IMG/VR virus record: IMGVR_UViG_3300020045_014031
Coordinates: 33,184 to 97,183 of that record
From: a virus
Length of the DNA stretch: 64,000 bases
Direction: 5' to 3' (one strand)
Shown: in pieces, positions 19,901-31,200 of the stretch
How positions within the stretch are numbered: position 1 is the stretch's first letter
How the letters are laid out: each line of letters opens with the position of its first letter
Translations under genes and position numbers: made by a program
Notes under the pieces: generated by a model
What the model was told of the DNA's origin: nothing
The model's database searches: none
The model's input: the letters and a program-made list of their open reading frames with translations, nothing else

Positions 19901-20564
19901 GTATTAGCAGTAAATCATCAGAATCTCTAATATCATCACCTACTAAATCTTTTATTCTTAACCAAAAATCCATTAAAAAAGAAAGTGATTTGATTTCATC
20001 AACACTTGTAGTTTTAAAATTATAATTACTTACAATATTATTAAAGTAATTATAATGTTTATTTGCTACAATCATTAAATTTACTAATGGATTATTAATA
20101 TTACCTAAAGAATTAATATCACTTGCTAAATCATCTAATCTAAGTTGTCTTGATTTATTAAATAAACTACTATCTTTCTCTTGAAATATGTTATTTCTAA
20201 TTATATTTAACTCAGATATTACTTTATTTAAAGGTTGTGTATTAACAATACTTGGAGCAAAAAAAGTATTACTATCTTCAATATCTTGAAGTATATTTAC
20301 AAACTCATTATAAGAAGGTTCTTCTTTTGATTTAAGCCTTTTAAAAAATAAGGAAGAATATAGTTTAGATTTTATTCTTATAGCTTCATTTTCAGAATTT
20401 GTACTTTGAAGTATCTCTTGATATAGTTTACTATCATTCCCTTGGAAATCTTTATCAATAAAGTTTCCGTTATTTCTTGCAAAAACAAGATGTGCAAGCT
20501 CTTCTCCAAGAACTTGCACTGTTTGTTTATAAAATTCGTTATTTTTATTTGGACAAATATTCAT
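16920..20564 (-). CDS. giant virion cargo (ejection) protein
   Basis: 1214 aa helical protein downstream of the vRNAP; N-terminal CPN motif; C-terminal GRLIGQFK.WMP...GRYLTY and hydrophobic segments typical of the third crAss cargo gene. Confidence 0.75.
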   Translation of the reverse strand: MNICPNKNNEFYKQTVQVLGEELAHLVFARNNGNFIDKDFQGNDSKLYQEILQSTNSENEAIRIKSKLYSSLFFKRLKSKEEPSYNEFVNILQDIEDSNTFFAPSIVNTQPLNKVISELNIIRNNIFQEKDSSLFNKSRQLRLDDLASDINSLGNINNPLVNLMIVANKHYNYFNNIVSNYNFKTTSVDEIKSLSFLMDFWLRIKDLVGDDIRDSDDLLLIQSKFDSLSKKFKDIEIQSFIKESNIGEEIKKENLTTDISDRNVVSSFLLGSGRTANIAVQAINKFLDLAYVSKKRESNSLQDILIDIEKIVKENKIDTKDFLTVNKEGKEPDIRLIKAFTSSWMENERVLLLRKNRANDLATSKEVWKDQSLNHKVQGTVLNLKNLFIETPEGYEINKDNLELEIKSLSDKISVENKELVKYVIQEKINQQLSLLNKYFEDVKTRKEISSEEDFNKWNNINNPFLYIENLNKDKPNYLSSRKYVVSLPVLKQFWNIDFENIFKDNKKLEVYNNLSKVIDNLKSKLPANIRNRISEDFIPVVDSYLVKEGLSFQEQVKDLLTLPNFTASDNINDYKEIPINFIPEIGEHKNSANFTKDKGDFSTNLIPVLKLFGDSVYHYYYYTQIKAPVLLGQSILKNATPIQKDYKGNIVIERGKGTDKKFDKGQGLSNELTLLEETINHVMFLEKTKPEINIFSNYDVTDLSGVLAIINENKKALKNKKIYSPFTEKELNDEIELVNNVQKNINDSLSKGVFSKLNSIKNQFTKKYRGENYDSAETLYNYYLEKLDTSRQLRREGKITKEEFIQTNDLIQKRIRELNRSSIYFSKITDYLIKVRRTISLGLNPFSAGRNFVGGYFNGIVNAGQEYDSVVFTKNVGKVTSLMISNIVKDKQEAFKVFKLAQKLLVQDNVIDLQGLDEKTWFDNYGFKLMEKSEQAIRYALMISILEKEDLYTKFDNDGNWIGEKQGNNIIEQDVINNIILKIQRINDIVMGDTHSFKLINKSFVGRLIGQFKVSWMPEAFASRLEKEHYDYKLNRTIKGRYLTYSDLGFTGFLVGTLQVYKSWIFGSKDYVHLKNNKGRKITETDANNLVKNTIELSLIMSFMTLGYILRYLADDEEDDALLTFIVNQSLLIERDLTVISPSTVSEIVAGNLIPAYSVVTNLQSLIPATVKIISDDDYDFDKYLYKLGKLVPVLNIASQFKYQSEHFVDDLN
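20334..20348 (+). repeat. degenerate dispersed motif copy
   Basis: AAGCCTTTTAAAAAA; reads FFKRL, a different register from the ILEGS copies. Confidence 0.55.
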
Positions 20565-20565
20565 T

Positions 20566-23500
20566 TTATTTACATTTTTTAACTAACTCTCTTGCTTCTT
20601 GCATATCTTCATTACTAAATATACTTTCTGATTGACTTAATTCTAAACTTAAATTATTTTCCTCAATATCTTGCATTAACTCTATTATGTTTTGAATAGA
20701 ACTTCTTAATATAGAGTTATTATTAATAGGAATTGATAAGTTATTAGCTATTTCATTTATTAACTTATTTAACCATTCAACAAATTTATCAAGTAAATTA
20801 ACTTCTGTATCTAAAAATTCTATATTATTAAGTTTTCTTTGAAAATTTACATCTGTTAAAACACCAGTAACAAATTCTCTAATATCACTCAAGTAATATA
20901 AAGATACTAATTCTTTTTTACTTAAAGTAGAATTTTGTTCTATTTCTATATATTTATTTTTTCTTTCGGTTAAATCTTTAATTTTATGAGCTTTACTATA
21001 TTCTTCAACAATACTTAACTCACTTTCTAATAAAGATTCTTTTGCTGAATTAACTAATAATTTTAGTTTTACATAAGGTAAAGAACCTTTATTTTGATTT
21101 AGATAATTTAAAGTAACATGATGTACTGATTCATGTAATAAATTTCTTAATAATTTAGAATTGTTATAAGCTAATTGTATTTCTGAACCATTGTAATAAC
21201 TCATTCCATTTTCATTTTCTACAATAGGTATATCAGCATTTTTATCATATATAAATTGATAAAGTATATTACTTAAATCTTTAAAAGGAGTGTCGTATTT
21301 TTCAATATTATGTAATGTACTTATTAAAGATTCTTTTCTTATACTATCAATTATAATTTTATTATTTTCTAAATTTTTTATTTGTTCTTGTTTTTCTTGT
21401 TTTTGACTGATTGAATCATTGCTTTCAAATAAAAGTAAATCTTCAATATGTAAACCTTTTTGTGTTTTATTAATAGGTATTAATGAGTTATTAAAATCAT
21501 TATTATAATTGTATTCATTAATATAATAATTACCTAAAGTATCTATTTGTAATAACTTAACATAAAAAGTTTTATCTTGGTTTTCTCTTGATTCAATTAC
21601 TTCATATAAAAATGTTTTATTTACTTTATATTCTTTACCTGTTTTTTCATTCTTAACACTAACTTTACCTTTTTTATACATAAACCTTGATAATTTATCA
21701 ACTTGTAACTCAATTATAGGTTTATCAAATTTTATATTTTTAGGTATTGGTTGACCTTCTTCTGGATTATGCTGATAATACTGTCTTACAAAATAATCAT
21801 CATTTAAAGAAGGTTCGTTAATTGTATTCTTTAAAAATTCACTAAAGTTATTAATAATAATAGAAGGAGGTATTAATTGAATAAATGAATTATAATTATT
21901 TATACCACCATTAACATAAGCGTATCTTACTAAATCACTTACAAAATTTCTTATTTCTAAATTTTCTGATTCTAACAAAATATAAAACTCATTATATATT
22001 ACTTGTGAATCAGCTTCTAAATCTAATGTTCTATAAACAATATAATCAGGCTCTCCTTTTTTATCTGCTATTTTTGTTTCTAACTTATTAAATAATGTGT
22101 AATTTTTATATTTTAATTTTAAATGTTGTAATCTTAAAGCTAAACTTTCATTATCACCTAATGTAAACATTAATCTTCTTCTTTCTTTACTATTATTTTC
22201 CCAAATATTATTAGCTGAATAAACATAAGACTGATAATTTGTAAGAATATCTCTAAGTTCTTTAGGGTTTAATTCTTTATCTTTTATTGATGTTATTTGA
22301 TTAATTATATTATTTAACTTGCTGTAATTAAACATTTCAGAAAAACTATTTAAAACATCTAATGTTAAATCAACTGTCTTACCTAATTCTGTTTGACCTA
22401 TTGATTCTTCGTAAAATAATTCTCTAAAGTTATTCACATAAGGAAATCCTTTTGAAGTATCAATAACAGATAAAGAGTTAATTTTTTGTTCTTTTGCAAT
22501 ACCTTCTAATATATTTGTACCAAAACCTTTAGTATCAACATTAGTAGCAATCATCATTTGAAATAAATTAGTACCTATATAATCAAGAACTAAAAAAGAT
22601 TTTAATAAATTATAGTTATTTTCTGGTTCTTTTAATTCTTTAATATTACCATTATTATCTCTAACAATACCTAAGTCACTGTCTGTTAAATATACATTTT
22701 CTTTTAGTACATCATAAATACTACTCGGTATTTCATATATTTTTTTTGAAACATTAGATTCTGAACCAAAACGTAAATCAAAATCCTCTAATGTTTTTTC
22801 ATAAGCTAATTGTTTAACATCTTTTCCTTTTGCATCATTAAAAGTATCTCTGTATGATTTTAAGTTATTAACATAACTTTTTACAATATCGTTATTAATC
22901 AATTGAGCAGAATATTCATTACTTACAGCATTATTATCACTTTTACTGCTATCTTTTAATTGTAATAATACAACATAAGCATTAGCTGTAATATCATTAA
23001 GATTAATTTTATCTGCTGTTTGATTTTTTGCATGGTCTACTGCTTCTGATTGTGGTATTACTATATTATCAGATGTTGTTCTTCTTTGTCCATTAAAATA
23101 ACTATAACCAATACCAGAAAAAGTATTTAGATTTGTATTATTTATGTTTATCCTAACATTTCCTAAATTCATATTTTTAGTTCTTTGTAATAAAGTACTA
23201 AACGTTAAATTTAATGAAAAAGTACCAACTAATCTTTTAACACCAATATTACTTACATAACTTTCTAATTGATTAACAGGATTAAACAAATCTTTTATTT
23301 GTTTATTTTTGTTTGATTTATTTCTCATTGATACTACATCTTGTAAATCTGACATATCAAGAGGTTGCATAATTTTATCAAACATTCTTGGTGCAATTAA
23401 TATATTATAAAGAGTATCAAAATAATCATTTTTTAACTCTTCAATTCCTTCTTCATATTCTTCGTTTATCTCTCCAAATTTATTAACATTTAGATTAGTA

Positions 23501-26500
23501 TCAAGATAATTTATAGGTAATTCATTTAACTGTTGTTTATAGTTTTCTAACAATTCCCTGTCTTCTTTTAGTAGCTTTACAACTTTAGAAAAAGTATTTT
23601 TCTTATTGACATCTTCTATATATGAAACAGTAAAAGCATTATAAACTTGTTTTTTAAACTCACTATCTATATTTTTAATTTTATTATATATAGTTCTTGT
23701 TTCACCTTTATATTTTGATTTAACTGATTCTGCTCCTATACCTGTTGTATATGTTAAATCTCTAAGGTTAGTTAAATCATCAATATTAAAAGATTCAATA
23801 ATTTTTTCTAAATTTTCAGAATCCAAATCACTTTCAATAAAATAAGAAATAACTTTTTCTTTTAAATTCTTTAAGTATTTGTCAGAAGTAATTGCTTGAT
23901 AATATTTTTCTATTTGTTCATTTACTTTTTTAAACTCTTCTTCTGATAATTTATTATCTTGAAGTTCTTTTTCTTGATTTTTTATTTTTTGTTTTAATAA
24001 TATATAATCATTTTTTAATTGTAAATCAGGATATTTTTTTACTGGTTTATACTTTTTTTTGTAAACATAAAGTTTATCAATATCAAAGTCACTACCCATT
24101 TGTTTTGTAATCTCAGCAGGTACATATATTATATCACCTCCTATATTAGGTAAAAACCCTACAATTTCCATAGGTAACTGTGAACTATGTGATTGGTTAG
24201 GTATCCTTGCTCCTACAAACTTTAATAGTTCTTTATTTATATCAACACTTCCTTCATTTATAAACTGATTTATATCAATTCTTTGTTCTTTATTAAAGAA
24301 GTTAAAAGGAACTAATACTTGTGCAGGAAGTATTTTTGCTGTAAAATTATCTGAGCCTTCTAAAATAATAGAAGAATTAACTAACTGTTGGATTTGCTCA
24401 TTATTTATTTTAAAAGGCTCATTTGTTTTAGATAAATCTAACTGTTCTTGTGTTAAATATATCTCTATTCCAAATTGGTCATATAACTCAGATATTACAG
24501 GTCTTAATGGTCTTAATCTTTTATCATCCCAACCTTTAACTTTTTTAACATCATTAGGTACTTCACCTGTTTTATCCATTTTACCAATACCTAAACTTGT
24601 AATTTGAACAAATGACTTACCGTTAATTTTAACTTGAATAGCTTTTCTAACAGCAGAAGCTATTTTTGATTGTATCTGATTAGAACTTCTATTAAATAAT
24701 AAAGGAATTAACATTTCATTATTATCATCTAATTGCAACTCTAATTTTTGATTAGTTGTTAAATCAGAAGTTGTTCTAAATATATAATCTCTTAATTTTG
24801 TTTTATCAACAAAATCTTCATAAATACCTAACTCATCTTTTAATTCATCAAAAGATATATCTAACATTCTTTTACGAATATCTTCTTTAATTAAGCACAT
24901 TTCCTCACCTGTTTTCTTTTCTCCTTTATATTCAAATACAGGTTCTTTAATTGAAGTTAATGTATCAAGAATTAATTTATTTAATTGAGTTACAAAAGTA
25001 ATTTTTTCTTTTGTTTCATCATAAGGTATTTCTTGCTGTATTAAAAAAGCATCAGCATTCATTACTCTCATTGATTTAACTAATGAATCACCTTCATTTT
25101 TATAAATCCAATTACCGTTAATATCAAAAGGTTCAAAAAATACTACTGGATTACCTGATTTACCTGCTGTATCTAAACTAACTTGGTCAATACCGTTTTC
25201 TTCTATTAGTTTTCTTAAATTATCTAATTCAGTACCAGAAGTTATATTAGGTATTAAAGGAATTAAAGATGATTTTACATAATGAATATAACTATATACC
25301 CTATTAACACCTAATGGAGTAAACTTTCTATCTGTTTCCACAGGTTTCATAGCATACATATAAGATAGTTCTTCTGCATTTAAAAATTCACCATCTTTCT
25401 TTTTCATTATTTGACTATAAACTCTTGTAGGTATTCTACCGTAATCAAATAGTATATTAGCTATTCTTTTAACAGAACAAAATTGAGAAGCATCCGAAGG
25501 GTCAATTTGTCCTTCTAACTCTCCTTTCTTGTTTTGCTTTAATCCGTAGTAATTATTTAAAAATAAATCTTTATACTCTTCTGTAAATGTATTAGGTACT
25601 TTAATTGTTATTGCTTTATAAGTTAAACTTTGATAACTACCTGCAATCCCAGGGGCTATATCTTTAGCTAATCTTTTAGTATATTCATCATAAGTTCTAT
25701 TTATAGTATCTACTATTGTATCACCTTCTTTACCTTTATAAAATAAAGCAGGGTCACCAGATGTAAACATAGCTAACGATATATTAAAAATATGTTTATT
25801 AATAGCATACTGAGATATACTACTAATATCTTCTTTTGATATTAATTCAATAGGTAATTTATTTTTTTGAATAGAATCAAAAACATTATTAATTATAATA
25901 TCACTTCTATAACTAATTACTTTATTTATTACATCAAGATACTTTTCTATTATGTTATCGTTCTCATCAAGAATTTTATCATTAATTGTATCTTTGTCTA
26001 TCCATAATAAATCTATTTCTTCTTTAGAAAATAAATTACTACCGTCTATTGACTTAATATTACTTAAAATCTCATAATTAAAATCAGGTAACAAGTAAAA
26101 TATTCCTGCTCCCTTTTTAACTTGTGCTGTTACATCTAATTTATCTTTATTAACTACTCTAATATATTCGGCTTTAAATATATAAGCATATTCATTACCC
26201 ATTTGACTAAAAGGTATTTTAGGTATTCCCGAATGAAAAGGAGTTGTTTTCTTGTCAGATTTAGTTAAATCAAAATAATTAGCTGTACTTTTACCTTCAT
26301 TTCTAAAGTTTTCAATTTCAGTAACTAACTGTTCTCTAAAACTCATATTATCTCTTGTAATACCTTTTTTAGATTTTTCATTCTTAATAGCTTCAAATAA
26401 ACCTAACTTATACTCTTCTAAAACATTGTTATTGTTAATTACATTTCTAAAAAAGAAAGAGTTACTACTAAATAAATCTTTACTTAATGTATCCCTATAG

Positions 26501-28218
26501 TTTTCACCATTAATAATAGGGTTTTGAATAGCTCTTAATATCTCTCTAAATTGAAAAGTAGGTAAAATATAATCATATACTTTCTTACCTTCTACTGTTG
26601 TATGAGTAGATGTAATAATATCTGAATATTTACCTTGTAACTCACCTAAAAATCTTGCTACTTTAGTATCAGTATATAATGGATTACTAATAGTTAAAGT
26701 TGCTTCAACTTCTTCATCTTCATTTTCATATATACTTTCTCCTCTTAAAATACTTACAATATCTGAAAATAAACCAAATGGTTCAAAATCAGTTGTAGAA
26801 CCTTTTTTAAGTTTTCTCGTATATTGAAATTGAGAAATAATATCTTTATTGTATCTTGATTTCTTAAAGAAAAAACTATTATTAAATAAATCTTCTCTTG
26901 TTTGTTCTGATATTGTAAAACCTAAACCATCAATAATTTCATTAGCTAAATCAATATACTCTTGTTTAACAGCTTTTTCTTTATTAGCTTTTAATATTCT
27001 ATTATATATATTATTTACTTTTTCTTTGTTTACAAAATAATTACCGTCATTATCAAAACTAATAAAATTATCTTTTCTATCTAAAGTATTTAGTTTTTGC
27101 TCTTCTTTCCAAATAGAAAGAATTTTATTAAGATAAGAATTTCTATTTCCTTCAATAGTTACAACTTTATAAGGAGTATTTAAACCTTCTTTTTCAGCTT
27201 TATAATCTTCTGTTTTATTAAATAAGGTAACGTATTGTTTAGCGTTTACTTTCTTTAATGCTGATACAAATTCATTTTTAATTCTATCTTCTGAATTAAT
27301 TAATCTTTCACCTAATTTATAAATAGTAGGTTGATTTTTTTTATTAAAGTCAGATTGTAATATAGTTAATAATTCATCAAAAGATAAATCTAATTTATTA
27401 CTTGTGATAGTTACAACTTTTTGATAAAGCTCATCGTAGTTATATAACTTACTTAATCCAATAGAACTTATTTGAGGAACAATATTTCCATTAACATTAT
27501 CATATATAGGAAGAGTTGAAAGAAACAATTTAATTCTTTTTGACATTGTTTCTTTAGGGTCACGTTCTTCACTTGCTTTATGTTCTCCTCTTACATCTGC
27601 TTCCCCTGTTTCATTGTCTTCTAACAATGATTCATTAATTCTATCAACATCAATATTTAATTTTGAATATTTATCTTTAACAAAACTTTCAATCTGTTTT
27701 CTTGAATTAATTATGTTCTCATAATCTTTTATAAAAGGTATAAAAGAATAAAATTTACTTTCTGTATTATCTTCTAAAAAAGCTTTTAAAGTATTTTTAT
27801 GTATAATACTTATATTCTTAAATACAATATCAAATACATCTTCTACTTTTAATTCTTTATTATCTTCTTTTGATTTTTTAATTAGTTCTTCAAAAGACAT
27901 TTTAAAAACAACTTCAATAGAATCTTTTTGTTTTACAATATCAAAAAATTCACCTGTATAGTTACCATTTGAATCTTGTATTTCAATATTATACAATCTT
28001 CTTTCTTCATTGTTATTTGATGTAACAATAGATTTATTAATTACTTGCTCTATTGTATATCTTTTTCTTTTAAATTGTTTTATCTTTTCACTAACAGAAA
28101 TAGCTCCTTCATTAGAAGGAGCTATATTTTCTGCAAACCATACTTGTTGTGCATTTTCACCATGTTCAGCAACTAATTGTCTCCAATAATCACTGTTATA
28201 ATTTGGACATATTTTCAT
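20566..28218 (-). CDS. virion-packaged DNA-dependent RNA polymerase (crAss-like) with C-terminal zincin-like domain
   Basis: 2550 aa; GARIPNQSHSS and MGSDFDIDKLY catalytic DxDxD motif (about 24076-24090); LLHESVHHVT HExxH near the C-terminus. Confidence 0.93.
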   Translation of the reverse strand: MKICPNYNSDYWRQLVAEHGENAQQVWFAENIAPSNEGAISVSEKIKQFKRKRYTIEQVINKSIVTSNNNEERRLYNIEIQDSNGNYTGEFFDIVKQKDSIEVVFKMSFEELIKKSKEDNKELKVEDVFDIVFKNISIIHKNTLKAFLEDNTESKFYSFIPFIKDYENIINSRKQIESFVKDKYSKLNIDVDRINESLLEDNETGEADVRGEHKASEERDPKETMSKRIKLFLSTLPIYDNVNGNIVPQISSIGLSKLYNYDELYQKVVTITSNKLDLSFDELLTILQSDFNKKNQPTIYKLGERLINSEDRIKNEFVSALKKVNAKQYVTLFNKTEDYKAEKEGLNTPYKVVTIEGNRNSYLNKILSIWKEEQKLNTLDRKDNFISFDNDGNYFVNKEKVNNIYNRILKANKEKAVKQEYIDLANEIIDGLGFTISEQTREDLFNNSFFFKKSRYNKDIISQFQYTRKLKKGSTTDFEPFGLFSDIVSILRGESIYENEDEEVEATLTISNPLYTDTKVARFLGELQGKYSDIITSTHTTVEGKKVYDYILPTFQFREILRAIQNPIINGENYRDTLSKDLFSSNSFFFRNVINNNNVLEEYKLGLFEAIKNEKSKKGITRDNMSFREQLVTEIENFRNEGKSTANYFDLTKSDKKTTPFHSGIPKIPFSQMGNEYAYIFKAEYIRVVNKDKLDVTAQVKKGAGIFYLLPDFNYEILSNIKSIDGSNLFSKEEIDLLWIDKDTINDKILDENDNIIEKYLDVINKVISYRSDIIINNVFDSIQKNKLPIELISKEDISSISQYAINKHIFNISLAMFTSGDPALFYKGKEGDTIVDTINRTYDEYTKRLAKDIAPGIAGSYQSLTYKAITIKVPNTFTEEYKDLFLNNYYGLKQNKKGELEGQIDPSDASQFCSVKRIANILFDYGRIPTRVYSQIMKKKDGEFLNAEELSYMYAMKPVETDRKFTPLGVNRVYSYIHYVKSSLIPLIPNITSGTELDNLRKLIEENGIDQVSLDTAGKSGNPVVFFEPFDINGNWIYKNEGDSLVKSMRVMNADAFLIQQEIPYDETKEKITFVTQLNKLILDTLTSIKEPVFEYKGEKKTGEEMCLIKEDIRKRMLDISFDELKDELGIYEDFVDKTKLRDYIFRTTSDLTTNQKLELQLDDNNEMLIPLLFNRSSNQIQSKIASAVRKAIQVKINGKSFVQITSLGIGKMDKTGEVPNDVKKVKGWDDKRLRPLRPVISELYDQFGIEIYLTQEQLDLSKTNEPFKINNEQIQQLVNSSIILEGSDNFTAKILPAQVLVPFNFFNKEQRIDINQFINEGSVDINKELLKFVGARIPNQSHSSQLPMEIVGFLPNIGGDIIYVPAEITKQMGSDFDIDKLYVYKKKYKPVKKYPDLQLKNDYILLKQKIKNQEKELQDNKLSEEEFKKVNEQIEKYYQAITSDKYLKNLKEKVISYFIESDLDSENLEKIIESFNIDDLTNLRDLTYTTGIGAESVKSKYKGETRTIYNKIKNIDSEFKKQVYNAFTVSYIEDVNKKNTFSKVVKLLKEDRELLENYKQQLNELPINYLDTNLNVNKFGEINEEYEEGIEELKNDYFDTLYNILIAPRMFDKIMQPLDMSDLQDVVSMRNKSNKNKQIKDLFNPVNQLESYVSNIGVKRLVGTFSLNLTFSTLLQRTKNMNLGNVRININNTNLNTFSGIGYSYFNGQRRTTSDNIVIPQSEAVDHAKNQTADKINLNDITANAYVVLLQLKDSSKSDNNAVSNEYSAQLINNDIVKSYVNNLKSYRDTFNDAKGKDVKQLAYEKTLEDFDLRFGSESNVSKKIYEIPSSIYDVLKENVYLTDSDLGIVRDNNGNIKELKEPENNYNLLKSFLVLDYIGTNLFQMMIATNVDTKGFGTNILEGIAKEQKINSLSVIDTSKGFPYVNNFRELFYEESIGQTELGKTVDLTLDVLNSFSEMFNYSKLNNIINQITSIKDKELNPKELRDILTNYQSYVYSANNIWENNSKERRRLMFTLGDNESLALRLQHLKLKYKNYTLFNKLETKIADKKGEPDYIVYRTLDLEADSQVIYNEFYILLESENLEIRNFVSDLVRYAYVNGGINNYNSFIQLIPPSIIINNFSEFLKNTINEPSLNDDYFVRQYYQHNPEEGQPIPKNIKFDKPIIELQVDKLSRFMYKKGKVSVKNEKTGKEYKVNKTFLYEVIESRENQDKTFYVKLLQIDTLGNYYINEYNYNNDFNNSLIPINKTQKGLHIEDLLLFESNDSISQKQEKQEQIKNLENNKIIIDSIRKESLISTLHNIEKYDTPFKDLSNILYQFIYDKNADIPIVENENGMSYYNGSEIQLAYNNSKLLRNLLHESVHHVTLNYLNQNKGSLPYVKLKLLVNSAKESLLESELSIVEEYSKAHKIKDLTERKNKYIEIEQNSTLSKKELVSLYYLSDIREFVTGVLTDVNFQRKLNNIEFLDTEVNLLDKFVEWLNKLINEIANNLSIPINNNSILRSSIQNIIELMQDIEENNLSLELSQSESIFSNEDMQEARELVKKCK
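24352..24376 (+). repeat. dispersed motif copy
   Basis: TGAGCCTTCTAAAATAATAGAAGAA, 25 bp identical to intergenic 55532-55556; reads SSIILEGS in the RNAP. Confidence 0.95.
24406..24426 (-). repeat. dispersed motif copy (C>T variant)
   Basis: ACAAATGAGCCTTTTAAAATA on the minus strand; reads TNEPFKI; forms an inverted pair with 24352-24376. Confidence 0.85.
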
Positions 28219-31200
28219 TATTCTGTACAGATTTTATTAAATAATTTATTTGCATCTTCCATAGATTGTACTTTAGATGCTTCTTCTAAATATTTGTTTT
28301 TAGAATTTTCTGATAATTCATCATTCAATATAACATTTATATTTATAAATTCATAAACAAAGTTCTTATACTTTTCAACAGAATTTTTAAATGATTCTAA
28401 AAAAGAAGAATTGTTTTTGTAATCATCATTAATTGAAAATACAGAATCTAAAACATCTTCGTCTTCTTCATTAGATTTCTCACCTATATTTTTAGAAGGC
28501 TCATTTGTTTGTTCAATAACTTTATAATTATAATCAAAATTAACCACAAAATCTTTAGTATAAACCAATTCTTTTTGTCCTTTGTTATTTATTATAAAAT
28601 TATCTTTATTTACATCAAAATTAGTTTCTAAATCATTCTTAATATAATCATAATAAGTAAGGTTATTTCCTCCTTTAATTACAATTTCGTTATTTTCTAA
28701 TACAGGATATTTAAAACCTTTTGTTTGACCATTATTTAAAAAATCATTATCAAGAGTAAATAGTTTATTCAATAATTCTGTTTCTAAATTATCTATAAAT
28801 TTTTTAAACCCTTGTTTATCTAAATTATAAGAACTATTACTATTAGCAGGTTTTAAAGCAAATAAATTAACTCCTTTTTTACCGTTAGCATCTGACATAT
28901 AAATTAAAGAAGGTAATTTATTTTCTCTTCTTGTTTTTATATCGTTAATATAATTTACTGTTGTAAAATACTGTTGAATAAATTTATTAAAATTAGTTAA
29001 TATATCATAGTTTAATACTAAATCATTAGATATTTTATTTAATTTATCTAATGATATTTTATCTCCTTCAACAGTACCTTTATAGTATAAAGTAAATAAT
29101 TCTTTTAAAGTATTTATTTTATCTTTACTAAGTGTTTTAATTGTTAAAGGATATACTTTAGTTAAACCATTAATATCAGGATAACTTAAAACAGCAAGTA
29201 GTTTTTTATTTATTGTACCATTTATTTCACTTTCAATTGAAGGGTATAAAGTACCATTAACCAATGAATGAACTTTAACTCTACTATCATTATTATCTAT
29301 AATACCTTCTAAAGATTGTCTTGTTTTTTGAGTAATTGCTCTACCACCTGATTTTCTTTTAAGATTGGTTTTAATAACTACATTAGAATTAGTAGAAAAC
29401 AGTTCTCTTATTTTTTTAATTTTTTGTTCGTTATAATTTCTATAATTAATAGAAATTATAACACCTTCTTGTGTTACAATACTTTCTTTATCTAATTTTA
29501 AATAACTTATTTGATTTAATACATCAAATAATTCATTTAGTATTTTTTGATTTTTACCTTCTGTATTATAATCTTTAATGTTGTTTTTACTATCTTTAAT
29601 GTACGTAGTATTAATAAATTCAATAGTTGGTAAATAACCAATTTTTTTGTCTGAGCCTTCTAAAAATATAGCTATCGGAAGCTCATCATTAATTCCTACT
29701 TGATAGTTTTTATCAATTCTTAATTCTAATGAAGTACCCTTTTTTAACTTAGCTGTTTCTAAAGCATCTGCTGTTAAAGAATTATCATCTCTTATTTGAC
29801 CATATTGAAATCTAAACATATCTAAAGTAAAAGGTTCTTCATACATTTCTTCTTCTTTTACTTCATTGTTAAAATTATCAATAATTTCTTCTGTTGTTTG
29901 TTCTTGTGTTTCTTCAATAAAAGAGGGTTCTTCATTAATAGTTTTAGAAATAACAAGTTCCTCAACTTTATCTTTAACTTCTTCTTGATTTTGTTTAGCT
30001 AAAGTTATAGCATAACTTTCTTCAATTTTATTTTTAAATTCTGTAAAAGACTTTCTTAGTTCTTTTTTTATTTTTTTACTATCAAACATTAAATCTAATA
30101 CTTCATCTGAAAAAGAAAATAATCTTAATTGTAATTTATATTTTTCTTCACCTGATAACTCTTTTATATTTTTATGAATATAGTCTAATAAAGTACTTGA
30201 TAGATATTCTAAATTGTAATCACCAGAATCAAGAGAAGACTTAATAAAATTAAATACAAATGTTAAAATTCTATCATTTTTGTTTTCTTTAGAACCAAAT
30301 GTACTTTTTATCTTATTTTCTAATTCTTGTATTTTTTTAGAAATAACTTTTTTCTTTTGTTCTCCTTTAGTAATTATTTCTTTTTTCCTTAATGTTTGTT
30401 TTTTAACAGGTTTTTTAACAATAGGTTGTTCTATTAATTCTTTTAATAAATCATCATATTTAGCATTAATTTTTATAACAACAGGTTTTTTATTAAATTC
30501 ATCAACTGTTTCATTTCCAGTAATTTCACTATCTAATTCTTCTTGTCTTCTTTTTTCTATATCAGCTTTTTTATCTTCTAAACTATTATTATTTTTAGTT
30601 TGTTCTGAAACAACAACAGGTTTTTCTGATTCTTTGCTCTCTTCTGCTTCTTTCTCTTCTTTATTAATTTTACGTATTTCTTCAAGTAACTTATTATTAA
30701 AATCATTATCACTTTCTTTACCTTCTCCTTGTGGAATTTCAGACTCTTCTTGACCAAATGTTCTTAATACTTTAGGTTCTAAATCATCAGGAACTTCTAT
30801 TTTTTCAACTTCTTTTTTAGTTTTATCAACTACTTCTTGTTTTTCTAAAGGAGTTTCTTTTTCTTTAACTATTTCTTCTTTAGCTTGTTGCTTTTCTTCA
30901 TTAACTTTTTTAAGATAATCTTGTAATTCATTTATTCTATTTTTTCTAAGTTTTATTAAAGTAGTAATATCAGATAAATTATTAAAATAATTTACAAGAC
31001 TATTGTAAAAACTATCTTTTTTATTTGTTTGTACATTAATTTCTTCAAGTTGTTTTACTTCTTCCTCAATTCTTTTAATTTCATTAACAATTTGCTCTTC
31101 TTGTTCTTTGTTTATTTTTTGTAATTTATCTATAAAGTAACTATCCTCATTTGCTTTTCGAGCTTCATCATAAGAATAAATATTGTGCTGAGCTTCTAAT

